Of a DNA stretch of 5,082 bases, positions 4,924 through 5,082 are shown in pieces (the first letter of the stretch is position 1; each line of letters starts with the position of its first letter). Under the pieces are notes generated by a model that was not told the DNA's origin, searched no databases, and was given only the letters and a program-made list of their open reading frames with translations. Where the stretch lies: positions 1 through 5,082 of the IMG/VR virus record IMGVR_UViG_3300029217_000081. The stretch is one strand, 5' to 3'. The translations under genes and the position numbers were made by a program. The stretch is from a virus.

Positions 4924-4937
4924 GGGGGACGGGGGAC
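4924..4937. repeat. Tandem direct repeat GGGGGAC x2 (iteron-like)
   Basis: GGGGGAC at 4924..4930 and GGGGGAC at 4931..4937 lie directly adjacent to the 4905..4923 hairpin. Confidence 0.6.
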
Positions 4938-4983
4938 GCGGTGGAGACGCTATCGCGTGACTAAACGTGGCGACTGCCTGCAT

Positions 4984-5082
4984 TTTTTTTTTTCAGCGGT
5001 TATCGCCGCAACAAAACGAAGAAACTTATTGCTTACTAATAATCTGCTCTGTATCGTATTCTAAGGCACTTACCTGCTTCAC
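4984..5082. repeat. Terminal direct repeat, copy 2 (same sequence as 1..99; not a second gene copy)
   Basis: It is identical to 1..99. Bases 5026..5082 re-present the 3' end of the Zot-like CDS. Confidence 0.95.

Larger units (their letters stand above)
4843..4983. other. GC-rich structured intergenic region: candidate replication origin(s) and packaging signal
   Basis: This is the only sizeable noncoding stretch and it is far more GC-rich than the genes. It contains nested inverted repeats, tandem short repeats and a long-range pairing (GGCAGTC 4859..4865 with GACTGCC 4972..4978) that closes a roughly 120-nt domain. It ends in an 11-nt homopolymer (T11 on plus, A11 on the viral strand). Assigning it as ori or packaging signal is by analogy to Ff intergenic regions. 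No nick site could be identified. Confidence 0.5.

Noticed and set aside
4880-4937. Short tandem repeats (AAGGGC x2, GGGGGAC x2) as a CRISPR array or satellite
   Set aside because: There are only two copies each of 6-7 nt with no spacers. They are far too small for a CRISPR array and are more consistent with origin or iteron-type structure.
4764-4964. Two overlapping plus-strand ORFs (66 and 62 aa) inside the intergenic region
   Set aside because: They cover the rep promoter, the terminator and the GC-rich hairpins. There is no SD, and the Arg/Gly/Ala-rich translation is typical of GC-rich noncoding DNA.
4983-4993. The T11/A11 homopolymer as a terminator U-tract or a programmed slippage site
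   Set aside because: On the plus strand no stable GC stem precedes it (at best 3 bp). On the coding strand it is an A-tract in noncoding DNA downstream of the Zot-like stop. Its exact length is also uncertain, because homopolymers are error-prone and the contig breaks within it.

Overview
The window is one complete copy of a small circular replicon of 4983 bp. Bases 1..99 are repeated exactly at 4984..5082, which is a wrap-around overlap. All credible genes lie on the minus strand, and their order and content match a minimal filamentous (inovirus-like) ssDNA phage. In minus-strand order these are: a strong sigma-70-type promoter; a Rep_trans-type rolling-circle initiator; an 80-aa gene-V-like ssDNA-binding candidate; a full-length tRNA (anticodon CUG); a 392-aa Ser-rich secreted, C-terminally anchored pIII-like adsorption protein; translationally coupled small hydrophobic proteins (43, 55 and 37 aa) and a 204-aa tail-anchored protein; a pVIII-like major coat candidate followed by a strong terminator; a short Zot/pI-like P-loop assembly ATPase; and a GC-rich structured intergenic region ending in a terminator just before the rep promoter. 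There is no integrase, secretin or repressor. The strong AAAGG-type Shine-Dalgarno sites and the Rep_trans initiator suggest a Gram-positive (Firmicutes-like) host, but that is inference. Four ORFs under 60 aa are missing from the supplied ORF track and were found by hand translation. The most unusual observation concerns the tRNA. It has a G1/A72 mismatch and an acceptor end (G2-C71, C3-G70, G4-C69, G5-C68, G6-C67, A72, A73, CCA) that mirrors bacterial initiator tRNA-fMet, but its anticodon is CUG. Separately, the coat-protein ORF has a consensus SD whose normal 10-nt spacing lands on an in-frame CAG rather than an ATG. Together these raise the untested hypothesis of phage-directed initiation at CAG. 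The plainer alternative is a CAG-decoding helper tRNA.
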